Part shown: positions 51,673-59,622 of the stretch, piece after piece
How positions within the stretch are numbered: position 1 is the stretch's first letter
How the letters are laid out: each line of letters starts with the position of its first letter
DNA from: Nitrospirota bacterium
Lineage (GTDB): Bacteria; Nitrospirota; Nitrospiria; 2-01-FULL-66-17
Reading direction: 5' to 3'
Assembly: GCA_049325335.1 (NCBI GenBank)
Contig: JBMOMC010000001.1
Location: 192,001 to 256,000 of the forward strand
DNA: 64,000 nt
Program-made: the position numbers and the translations under genes
The notes under the pieces: model-generated
The model's input: only the letters and a program-made list of their open reading frames with translations
What the model was told of the DNA's origin: nothing
Databases searched by the model: none

Positions 51673-51743
51673 AACAGATCCCGACAAATTTACGCCCCCG
51701 TTGTTCCGCTGTTTCTCCGTTTCCCCGGCTCCCCGGCTCGTCT
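51635..51743. repeat. 8-nt-periodic hairpin element 2 (AGACGA...TCGTCT)
   Basis: AGACGAGCCGGGGAACCGGGGA vs TCCCCGGCTCCCCGGCTCGTCT; spans the NHL stop codon and ends just before a GGAGG RBS. Confidence 0.78.
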
Positions 51744-51761
51744 TTTCAACTGGAGGTTGGC

Positions 51762-54700
51762 ATGACGAACGCGCGATGGCTCCGATACGTTCTGGCCGCA
51801 GGCGCAGCGGCTGCGATGACTGTCGTGGCATGGCCGCACACCGGCCACGCCCAACCCCCGCCCCCGCCGCCTCCGCCACCGAGCCAACAGGTTCTGGAAG
51901 ACATCACCAACACCAAACACAACCTGTCGTCGGTCGATCCGGCGCAATTGCTCTCTTCCGGCGTGCTCCCGCGTCCCGGCACCTCGCGCGACGCGCAGTC
52001 CACGCCGGCCGGCACCAGCGAAATCTGCGTGTTCTGCCATACCCCGCACGGCGCCAGCGTCACCGGCGGGGAGTTCAAGGCGCCGCTCTGGAACCGCAAC
52101 CTGGACTACCAAGCCTCGCGCACCTACCAACTCTACGACCAGGTCTGGAGCTTTTCCTTTGAAGGCACGCTCAATGACGCGGCGGGCCGACGGCCCACCG
52201 GGTATTCGCGCCTGTGTTTGTCCTGCCACGACGGCACCGTGGCGCTGGGCAACACGCTCAACGCGCCGGGCAGCGGCGGATACTTGGGCCAGATTCCCAT
52301 GACCGGCGCTCTCGGACCGGGAGGCACCATTCCCCGCGGCAGCGGCGACCTCACCGGCGATACGCGTCGTCTCGGATTGGATCTGCGCAACGACCACCCC
52401 ATTTCCTTCACGTTCGATTCGACTCTACTCATCCAAGACCCGGAACTGGTGGACCCCGGCCCGGCGCTGACGGCGCCGTCTAGGAAGGTCAGCGATCCCA
52501 CCCCGATCTCGCCCGCGCGGCGCTATCCGGGCAACGACACCAATACGTATGACTCGGTGCAGTGTACGTCGTGCCACAATCCGCACCAGGTCAATTACCC
52601 CAAGTTCCTGCGCGCCAACTGGTTCCACAACGAGATCAACAACCCGGACCCGACCAAGAACCACCCCACCGAACAGATCATTTGTCTGTTCTGCCACGAC
52701 AAACCCCGCTGGATTGACAACACCCATGCGATTTCCACCGCAGTCCGCAGCCAATACCCATTGGTCAACAACGACCCGTCGAACGAAAACTCGGGATATG
52801 ACTTCGACGGCAGCCATACGGTCTCGGAAGTGGCCTGCCGCAACTGCCACGACCCGCACACCATCCAAGGTGCCAAGCGCCTACACCGCGAGGGCGTGAA
52901 CGCGCAAGGCACGGACGGCATCGAAGCCACCTGTTATTTGTGCCACTCGCCCAACACCACGCCCACCGCCGTGGGCACCTTGGTGGCGGGCGACCCCACC
53001 TCCGGCGCCAACCCCAGGTTCGTCGCGGGCACGGGGCGGCCCGCGCCCGACGTCTACAGCGAATTCGCCAAAGACATCGGTATCGGGAACTGCGCGACGT
53101 TCCCTCGCTGCGGCAGCGCCATGAACCTGCAGTTCAACCAGGGCCACGAACCCGTGTTCACCGCGCGCTCCCAAGAAGGCGTGGAACTCGACAGCCCCTC
53201 ACCGCCCGCGAACAACGAAGCCGCTCCCGGCGTGAGCACGCCGGACACCGCGCACATCGAGTGCGTGGACTGCCACAACCCGCACCAGGTGGTCAGAGAC
53301 AACCGGTTGCGGGGCATCAAGGGCATCACCTACGACGCCCAGGTCATCGAGACCACTTCCGCGGACCTCAACCGGCCGTATGTCTACGAAGTCTGCTTCC
53401 GCTGTCACGGCAACAGCTACACCAATATTTTTAACGGCGATCGATACCCCGACGATACCAAATACTCATTGGGCAGCCTCAATTTTTCGTTCCGCTCGAA
53501 CCCGCAATCCGCCCCGAGCAACCCCCGATTTAGCCTGTCCGGGTTCTCGAATAAGCGATTGGAATTCGCGACGTATGGGCGGCTTGAACGCGAACGTCAA
53601 GGCGGACCCGATGCCAGCTATGTCCTTGGCGACCCGTGGCCGACGGATCCGACTCGGCGCGTGGGGCCCGGCGCTCACAAGTCTTTCCACCCCGTGGTCG
53701 CCGGCGGCCGCAACGGCACCGACGCGTTGACCAAACAACTCCAAGCATGGTCCGCCGGACGCGCGGCCCATGAGATCACGATCCAATGCACGGACTGCCA
53801 CAACAACGACTATTACAACGCCTACGGCACCAGCGGGTCACAGACCGTGGTGCAGTCCCGCTTCCTCGGTCCCATCACGGAGAGCAACACCGTGCGGCCC
53901 GGAGACGTGCGGAACCTCGGCATTGCGCAGGATTATGACGGCGAGCGGAGCCAACACCCCATTGGCCCGCATGGATCCAACTACATTCGTATTCTCCGCG
54001 CGCCCTACAATACCGACATCGCCAACTCGAACCGAAGCTTCCCTAACGACGGATTCAGTTCGTCCCATTGGGACAAGTTCCTCCTATGCTTTCAGTGCCA
54101 TGACCGCAATGCGTTTGACCCGTTCCTGAACCCCAGCGGCGTGCAGGATGCGAGCTGGACCAACTTTTTCGGCGTCCCGGGAGACCCGAATGACGGCGCG
54201 GGTGGGCAGTTCCCGCCGACCCAATTGAGTTGGGAATCCAATCTGCACATGTACCATCTGCAACGCACCGGTGCGTTGTGCCACGAATGCCACTACAACG
54301 TCCACAGCAATGTGCAGGCGCAAAACACGATCTTCGGCGACGGAACCGGGTGCATCGGCGGCACCACCGGTTGCCCGGCCGGCCTCCCGCCGGATGACGA
54401 AGACGGCGTGGCCGACGGGGTCAGCGACACGCACTTGATCAACTTCGCGCCCCCAGGGCCATCCACCTACACCGGCGCTCGCCGGTGCGACGAAAACATC
54501 ACGGGCGGAGACGTGGCGTGTATCGAAGGCGCGACCGCCAACCCCAACCCCTCCAGTACCGGCACGGAACTGTCGTCGGATCCCAAATCCAACGTGTTCT
54601 CCGGCGTCGAGGGAGTCACCGCGGACCGACCGGTCTGGTATTACACCGAAACGATCGGGGGCGATGCCCCGGGCCAACCGTACGGCGTGTTTCGGTGTAA

Positions 54701-54983
54701 TTTGCGCTGCCACGGCGTGGTGATGTCCACCTGTTATTACATGGGCAACGCCAACCGCAATTTGAACCGCCAGATGAATGTCGGTTTACCCAACGGGACG
54801 TGGTGCGCGGGAGGGCGGGACCAGATCGCGCCCATCGGCATCGGTTCGGCCCCGCCTCCGGAGATCCAACAGTTGCTGGCGGGCTTCGGACAGGGCTTGA
54901 CGTCCGGTCGATTGGAAGAGGCCGCCAAACGCGCGGTCCGGCTGGCATCGGAAACACCGGCGCGACCGGCTCACGCCCACTAA
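51762..54983 (+). CDS. Large secreted multiheme cytochrome c (11 CxxCH + 1 CxxxCH) with N-terminal OmcE-like module
   Basis: GGAGG RBS then ATG 51762; signal peptide, poly-Pro; CVFCH, CLSCH, CTSCH, CLFCH, CRNCH, CYLCH, CVDCH, CFRCH, CTDCH, CFQCH, CHECH, CNLRCH. Confidence 0.9.
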   Translation: MTNARWLRYVLAAGAAAAMTVVAWPHTGHAQPPPPPPPPPSQQVLEDITNTKHNLSSVDPAQLLSSGVLPRPGTSRDAQSTPAGTSEICVFCHTPHGASVTGGEFKAPLWNRNLDYQASRTYQLYDQVWSFSFEGTLNDAAGRRPTGYSRLCLSCHDGTVALGNTLNAPGSGGYLGQIPMTGALGPGGTIPRGSGDLTGDTRRLGLDLRNDHPISFTFDSTLLIQDPELVDPGPALTAPSRKVSDPTPISPARRYPGNDTNTYDSVQCTSCHNPHQVNYPKFLRANWFHNEINNPDPTKNHPTEQIICLFCHDKPRWIDNTHAISTAVRSQYPLVNNDPSNENSGYDFDGSHTVSEVACRNCHDPHTIQGAKRLHREGVNAQGTDGIEATCYLCHSPNTTPTAVGTLVAGDPTSGANPRFVAGTGRPAPDVYSEFAKDIGIGNCATFPRCGSAMNLQFNQGHEPVFTARSQEGVELDSPSPPANNEAAPGVSTPDTAHIECVDCHNPHQVVRDNRLRGIKGITYDAQVIETTSADLNRPYVYEVCFRCHGNSYTNIFNGDRYPDDTKYSLGSLNFSFRSNPQSAPSNPRFSLSGFSNKRLEFATYGRLERERQGGPDASYVLGDPWPTDPTRRVGPGAHKSFHPVVAGGRNGTDALTKQLQAWSAGRAAHEITIQCTDCHNNDYYNAYGTSGSQTVVQSRFLGPITESNTVRPGDVRNLGIAQDYDGERSQHPIGPHGSNYIRILRAPYNTDIANSNRSFPNDGFSSSHWDKFLLCFQCHDRNAFDPFLNPSGVQDASWTNFFGVPGDPNDGAGGQFPPTQLSWESNLHMYHLQRTGALCHECHYNVHSNVQAQNTIFGDGTGCIGGTTGCPAGLPPDDEDGVADGVSDTHLINFAPPGPSTYTGARRCDENITGGDVACIEGATANPNPSSTGTELSSDPKSNVFSGVEGVTADRPVWYYTETIGGDAPGQPYGVFRCNLRCHGVVMSTCYYMGNANRNLNRQMNVGLPNGTWCAGGRDQIAPIGIGSAPPPEIQQLLAGFGQGLTSGRLEEAAKRAVRLASETPARPAHAH

Positions 54984-54990
54984 CCGGCTC

Positions 54991-55788
54991 GTGGATAAGG
55001 GTTGGCTCGCGGTTGGCGCCGTGGTCATCGTGGTGGCGGCCGCGGCATTACTGGTGCAACACGGTCCTGGGGAACCGCCCGACGGCATGGTCGTGATTCC
55101 CGGCGGCACGTTTCATCTGGGCAGCCGCGGCGACGAGGCCAGGGTGGGGTTTGAAATCGGGGTGGATGAGATGCCGCAACACGCGGTTCGCCTGCGCTCG
55201 TTTTTCCTCGACCGGCACGAAGTCACCAACGCGCAGTACCACCGCTTCATCGCGGCCACCGGGCGTCCGAGCCCGGCCGATCCCCACGACGCCCAGTATT
55301 ACTCGTGGGTGGACGGCAAGCCGCCGGCCGGCCAGGAAGAGCATCCGGTTTGCTACGTCAATTGGGAGGAAGCGGACGCCTACTGCCGATGGGCCGGGAA
55401 ACGCCTCCCGACCGAAGCCGAATGGGAACGCGCGGCGCGCGGGGACGACAACCGTCCCTGGCCGTGGGGCACCGTCTTCGACCCCGCGCGCTGTAACGCC
55501 ATGGAAACCGACCTGCGGTGGTCCACCCCGGTCGGCAGTTTCCCGGACGGCGCCAGCCCGTACGGCGTGCTGGATTTGTGCGGCAACGTGGCCGAGTGGA
55601 CCGCGTCTTGGTACGAGCCCTACCCCGGCAACACCCTCACCCGCGGCGCCTTCGGCAAACAGATGCGCGTGGCGCGCGGCGGCGCGTGGGTGCTCACCGC
55701 CGAACCCTGGTCGCGCGCCACCAACCGCAATTTGTCGCAACCGCCGGACCTGCGGCATCGGAGTTTGGGGTTCAGGTGCGCGAAGTGA
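54991..55788 (+). CDS. FGE-sulfatase/SUMF1-fold protein 1 (N-terminal membrane anchor)
   Basis: MVVIPGGTF, HEVTNAQY, KRLPTEAEWERAARG, GNVAEW, RGGAW, GFRCAK. Confidence 0.9.
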   Translation: MDKGWLAVGAVVIVVAAAALLVQHGPGEPPDGMVVIPGGTFHLGSRGDEARVGFEIGVDEMPQHAVRLRSFFLDRHEVTNAQYHRFIAATGRPSPADPHDAQYYSWVDGKPPAGQEEHPVCYVNWEEADAYCRWAGKRLPTEAEWERAARGDDNRPWPWGTVFDPARCNAMETDLRWSTPVGSFPDGASPYGVLDLCGNVAEWTASWYEPYPGNTLTRGAFGKQMRVARGGAWVLTAEPWSRATNRNLSQPPDLRHRSLGFRCAK

Positions 55789-56720
55789 TTGAGCCGGGGA
55801 GCCGGGGAGCCGGAGAAACGGTGAAGAAGCGAGAAAAACAATCAGTCGTTGTCGAACCGATTCCCCGCGTCTCCGGCTCTCCGGCTCATCTTTCCACCGT
55901 TGCGCCGATTCCCCAGTTCCCCGGCTCCCCCCACCGTCTTTTCATCGCTCTTCTAGCTGTCGTTCTCCTCTCCTGCTCTCATCCCCCGCTCTCCCCCTCC
56001 CCGGTTCCCCCCCTCGTCTCTTCTCCCCCTCCCCCCCTCGGTCCATTAGGAATGGTGTTCATTCCCTCCGGACCATTCCTGATGGGCAGCGCGCCCAGTC
56101 CGACGCTGGCGTGGTACGAACAAGGGGTCGATGAAACGCCGCAACGTCGCGTCACCCTCAGCGCGTTTTGGATCGATCGGCACGAAGTGAGCGAAGGCGC
56201 GTACGCCGCGTTTGTCGCGTCCACTGGACATCGCGCCCCGCGCATGTGGCCCGATGGCAGGCCTCCGCATGACGATCACCCGGTTGTGGATGTGTCCTGG
56301 AACGACGCGGACGCCTACTGTCGGTGGGCCGGGAAACGCCTGCCGACCGAAGCCGAGTGGGAGAAAGCCGCGCGAGGACCCGACGGCCGCATCTGGCCGT
56401 GGGGCAATGACTACCGACCAGGCGCCGCGGTCTTGCAGGACTCCTCGCGCGGGGATACCGCCGCGTCGGGCAGCCATCCCGATGACGTGAGCCCGTACGG
56501 CGTGTACGATATGGCCGGCAACGCCATGGAGTGGACCGCGTCATGGTATGAGAAGTATCCGGGCAGCACGCTGGAGCGGCTCGATTTCGGCGAACAATAT
56601 CGCGTCCTCAAAGGCGGCGCGTGGACCACCCCCGCGTTGCCGTTCAGCCGCGCCGCCAATCGCCACGCCATCGCCCCGTTCTGGGACCACCCGCATTTCG
56701 GCTTCAGATGCGCGAAATGA
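55785..56720 (+). CDS. FGE-sulfatase/SUMF1-fold lipoprotein 2
   Basis: GTG overlapping the upstream stop (start uncertain); LLSC lipobox; RLPTEAEWEKAARG, GNAMEW, KGGAW, GFRCAK. Confidence 0.88.
   Translation: MIEPGSRGAGETVKKREKQSVVVEPIPRVSGSPAHLSTVAPIPQFPGSPHRLFIALLAVVLLSCSHPPLSPSPVPPLVSSPPPPLGPLGMVFIPSGPFLMGSAPSPTLAWYEQGVDETPQRRVTLSAFWIDRHEVSEGAYAAFVASTGHRAPRMWPDGRPPHDDHPVVDVSWNDADAYCRWAGKRLPTEAEWEKAARGPDGRIWPWGNDYRPGAAVLQDSSRGDTAASGSHPDDVSPYGVYDMAGNAMEWTASWYEKYPGSTLERLDFGEQYRVLKGGAWTTPALPFSRAANRHAIAPFWDHPHFGFRCAK
55790..55888. repeat. 8-nt-periodic hairpin element 3, followed by further pyrimidine-rich repeats to about 56040
   Basis: TGAGCCGGGGAGCCGGGGAGCCGGAGAA vs TTCCCCGCGTCTCCGGCTCTCCGGCTCA. 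Confidence 0.72.
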
Positions 56721-57154
56721 TCGAGGGGGTGAGGGGGAGAATGGGCGAGGGGGAGACCAGACCGACAAGCGGTTCTCCGAGAATAGGGAATCACCGCGAG
56801 CTGCGGGTGTATCAAGGCGCGATGGAGGCAGCGATGCGCGTGTATGAGGCGACCAAATCGTTTCCTCCGGAAGAACGGTATTCCCTGGTCGATCAGATGC
56901 GCCGTTCGTCGCGATCCGTGTGTGCTAATCTGGCTGAAGCCTGGCGCAAACGCCGTTACCCAGCGGCGTTTGTGGCGAAGCTAACCGACGCAGAGGGTGA
57001 AGCATGCGAAACGCAAGTATGGATCGACTTCGCCAAGCGATGCCGGTATCTTGATAACGTCACCTGTCGAGAGCTTGACCAGGTGTACGATCACGTACTC
57101 GCTCAGCTCGTCTGTATGATCGACGAGCCAGGGAAATGGACCATTACGAAGTAG
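56717..57154 (+). CDS. Four-helix-bundle protein (23S rRNA intervening-sequence protein family)
   Basis: RELRVYQ, TKSFPPEERYSLVDQMRRSSRSVCANLAEAWRKRRY, EACETQVW; ATGA-coupled to the upstream gene. Confidence 0.9.
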   Translation: MIEGVRGRMGEGETRPTSGSPRIGNHRELRVYQGAMEAAMRVYEATKSFPPEERYSLVDQMRRSSRSVCANLAEAWRKRRYPAAFVAKLTDAEGEACETQVWIDFAKRCRYLDNVTCRELDQVYDHVLAQLVCMIDEPGKWTITK

Positions 57155-57189
57155 CTTCCACGATGCCCCGACGGAAAGAGGACCTCCCC

Positions 57190-58008
57190 ATGCGCACATT
57201 CACCGTTTGTGGATTTGTGGCCTTTTTAGCCGTGTCCTGCTCCATTCACCCCCTCACCCCCTCACCCCCTCACCCCCTCGCCCCTCCGCCGGGTATGGTC
57301 TTAATACCCCCCGGTCCCTTCTGGATGGGTAGTGACGCCTCCGACGGGGCGCTGGGCATCGAAGTCGGCGTGGACGAAACACCTCGTCACCAGGTCCACG
57401 TGCCCGCGTACTTCATCGACAAATACGAAGTCACCAACGCGCAATACGGCGAATACGTGAAGGCCGTCGGCTCCGCGTACCAACCCGCGCCCTGGCGCGA
57501 ACGCGACGCGCTGAACAAGGAACCCAACCACCCGGTGGGCGACACGGACTACTACGATGCGGAGGCCTACTGCACCTGGGCGGGCAAGCGCCTGCCGACC
57601 GAAGCCGAGTGGGAAAAAGCCGCGCGCGGGCCGGATGGCGCGGCGTACCCCTGGGGCCCGACGTTTTCGCGCGAGCGGGCCAATACCATGGAGAGTGGCT
57701 TGGCGTGGAGCAAACCCGTAGGCAGTTACCCGCAGGGCGCGAGCGTGTACGGCGTCGAGGATCTCATTGGCAACGTGTGGGAGTGGACCAGTTCCTGGTA
57801 CGAGCGGTACCCCGGCAACACCGTGGAGCGCGCCGCGTACGGGCAGAAATACCACGTGTTGCGCGGCGGCTCCTGGGGCGCGCCGGCCGTGCCCTTTGCC
57901 CGCGCCGCCAACCGCCACGCGCCCGAGCTGTTCGCGATCAACGACCGCGACACGGACTGGCACACCGGCTACGACGTAGGCTTTCGCTGCGCGAGGGACG
58001 CGAGATAA
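57190..58008 (+). CDS. FGE-sulfatase/SUMF1-fold lipoprotein 3
   Basis: GAGGA RBS; LAVSC lipobox; YEVTNAQY, RLPTEAEWEKAARG, GNVWEW, RGGSW, GFRCARD. Confidence 0.9.
   Translation: MRTFTVCGFVAFLAVSCSIHPLTPSPPHPLAPPPGMVLIPPGPFWMGSDASDGALGIEVGVDETPRHQVHVPAYFIDKYEVTNAQYGEYVKAVGSAYQPAPWRERDALNKEPNHPVGDTDYYDAEAYCTWAGKRLPTEAEWEKAARGPDGAAYPWGPTFSRERANTMESGLAWSKPVGSYPQGASVYGVEDLIGNVWEWTSSWYERYPGNTVERAAYGQKYHVLRGGSWGAPAVPFARAANRHAPELFAINDRDTDWHTGYDVGFRCARDAR
57246..57285. repeat. Tandem repeat (TCACCCCC)x4 plus a degenerate copy, complementary to 56725-56756
   Basis: Read directly; partner arm GGGGGTGA GGGGGAGA ATGGGCGA GGGGGAGA. Confidence 0.85.
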
Positions 58009-58174
58009 ACGGACTTACGTATACTCACGGCTGACGCGTACGCTTGAGATGCTCCGGGTGGAGGGAGGTACGCCACCGTCAATGGAATGCTCGATCCTAC
58101 ATCTCGAACTGGATAACGAGTGCAAGAGAAAACTGCGAGGCCATCGAACAGCCGTGGTGAGGGCGCCGCACTCC

Positions 58175-59428
58175 CTACCCCAGAAGGTGCCAGGGCACGG
58201 CCACGATGTTCTCCGCCAGGCGGGTGACCTCACGACCGGTGTGGATGAGCAGTCCGCCGACGGCTTCGGGATACTCGTGACAGAATGCCTGTAACCCCGC
58301 GGCATCGCTATATCGCGGCGTGGCGGAGAGTTTCACTTCGATGGCCAGCAGTTTTCGCGCGTGCTCGATGACAAAATCCACCTCCTGCCCCGTGGTCGTT
58401 CGCCAGTAAAAGAGGCGCGGCCGCGGAAGCCAGGCCTGCACCGCCACGAGCAGATGGAGCAGCACCAACGTTTCGAACAGGCCGCCGGCTTCCCGCGAGG
58501 CCGACAGTGTCCGCTCCTCGTGGTGACCGGCCAAGTACGCGGCGAGTCCGGGATCGGTCCAATACAGCTTGGGAGTTTTGATCAGTCGTGTGGTCCGACT
58601 CCTGGCGAACGCCGGGATGCGGACTAGCAGGTGGGAGGCTTCCAGGAGATTGAGGTAGCGATGCACCGTGGGTTGGCTGACTCCGGTATCGCGCGAGACC
58701 TCGGTCTGATTGAGCATCTGGCCGCTACGCAGCGCCAGCGCCTCCATCACGCGCCGGAAGTCCGCCAGGGAATCGACCTGGGACAACTGACGCAGATCGC
58801 GCTCCAGGTAGGTCGCCACGTACCCCTCCCACCAACGAAGCACGGCCGCGGTGCCGGAGAGGGTCGTCAGGGCCGGCATGAATCCGCGCAACATGTGGAA
58901 CACGGGTGACTCGTCGGTGTCGATCCTCCGCTCACGCGGGAACACGCCTCGCAAGACGCCACGCAGGAGATCCGAATCAGGGCGGCCGTAAAGTTCGCCC
59001 AGCGCCATGGGCAGCAGCGTGAAATAGACGGCGCGACCGGCGAGCGTCTCGCTCACGTTCCGCATCAGCAGCAAATTGGCGGAGCCCGAGAGCACGAATC
59101 GAACCACCTGGCGCCGTCGATCCACGGCCTGTTTGACCGCCGACAAGAGCGCCGGCGACTTCTGCACTTCGTCCAACACCACGCGGTCAACGCCCGCCCA
59201 CAAGGCGGCCGGGTCCCGCTCGGCCCGGTGGAGGGCGTCGAAATCGTCCAGCGTGACATACCGCCATGTGGAGAAGGGCTCCTCGTGCCGCAGCAGCGTG
59301 CTTTTGCCGACCTGGCGGGCTCCGGTCAGAATCACCACCGGGTGATCGTCGACCGCCTGCCGCATCAACGAGGCCAGCCTCCGGGGTTGATATAATAATT
59401 CATATTGTGAATGATTATCATTCATCAA
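58175..59428 (-). CDS. AAA+ ATPase (AAA_14 + DUF4143 type)
   Basis: GARQVGKST, LDEVQK, LSGSA, ETLAGR, TYLERDLRQL, KLYWTDPGL, EVDFV..IEVK. Confidence 0.9.
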   Translation of the reverse strand: MMNDNHSQYELLYQPRRLASLMRQAVDDHPVVILTGARQVGKSTLLRHEEPFSTWRYVTLDDFDALHRAERDPAALWAGVDRVVLDEVQKSPALLSAVKQAVDRRRQVVRFVLSGSANLLLMRNVSETLAGRAVYFTLLPMALGELYGRPDSDLLRGVLRGVFPRERRIDTDESPVFHMLRGFMPALTTLSGTAAVLRWWEGYVATYLERDLRQLSQVDSLADFRRVMEALALRSGQMLNQTEVSRDTGVSQPTVHRYLNLLEASHLLVRIPAFARSRTTRLIKTPKLYWTDPGLAAYLAGHHEERTLSASREAGGLFETLVLLHLLVAVQAWLPRPRLFYWRTTTGQEVDFVIEHARKLLAIEVKLSATPRYSDAAGLQAFCHEYPEAVGGLLIHTGREVTRLAENIVAVPWHLLG

Positions 59429-59541
59429 ACGAATGATACGTCTCGGCGCTCCCTCCTGTCAATCCTGATGTCATATTCGTGTCATGTTCGCGGCCTCCAC
59501 TAGACATCGCGGGCATTCCGGCAATCATGGGGGGGTAAATG

Positions 59542-59596
59542 TTGGGGGCAGCGTCCTGTTCCGTCGTTCATTTCGGAAAAAGGACGCTGCCCCCAA
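59542..59596. repeat. Long inverted repeat downstream of the HDOD gene (terminator or REP-like)
   Basis: TTGGGGGCAGCGTCCTGTTCCG / CGGAAAAAGGACGCTGCCCCCAA. Confidence 0.7.
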
Positions 59597-59622
59597 TGAG
59601 TGCGGGCTGATGGAACGGGGGT

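Noticed and set aside
48650..54983. MtrAB/PioAB-type decaheme-porin conduit
   Set aside because: No compact decaheme with MtrA-like spacing; the cytochromes carry OmcE-like signatures and long loops instead
45232..57285. CRISPR array suggested by the repeats
   Set aside because: Repeats are octamer tandem or inverted arms without regular unique spacers, and no cas genes are present
54991..58300. Diversity-generating retroelement (FGE-type targets plus an Avd-like four-helix protein)
   Set aside because: No reverse transcriptase and no template repeat with adenine-specific differences visible in the window; the protein looks like the generic intervening-sequence family. A trans-acting DGR elsewhere in the genome cannot be excluded
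58015..58305. Short ORFs between FGE 3 and the AAA ATPase
   Set aside because: No RBS or recognisable motif, and they overlap the ATPase 3' end
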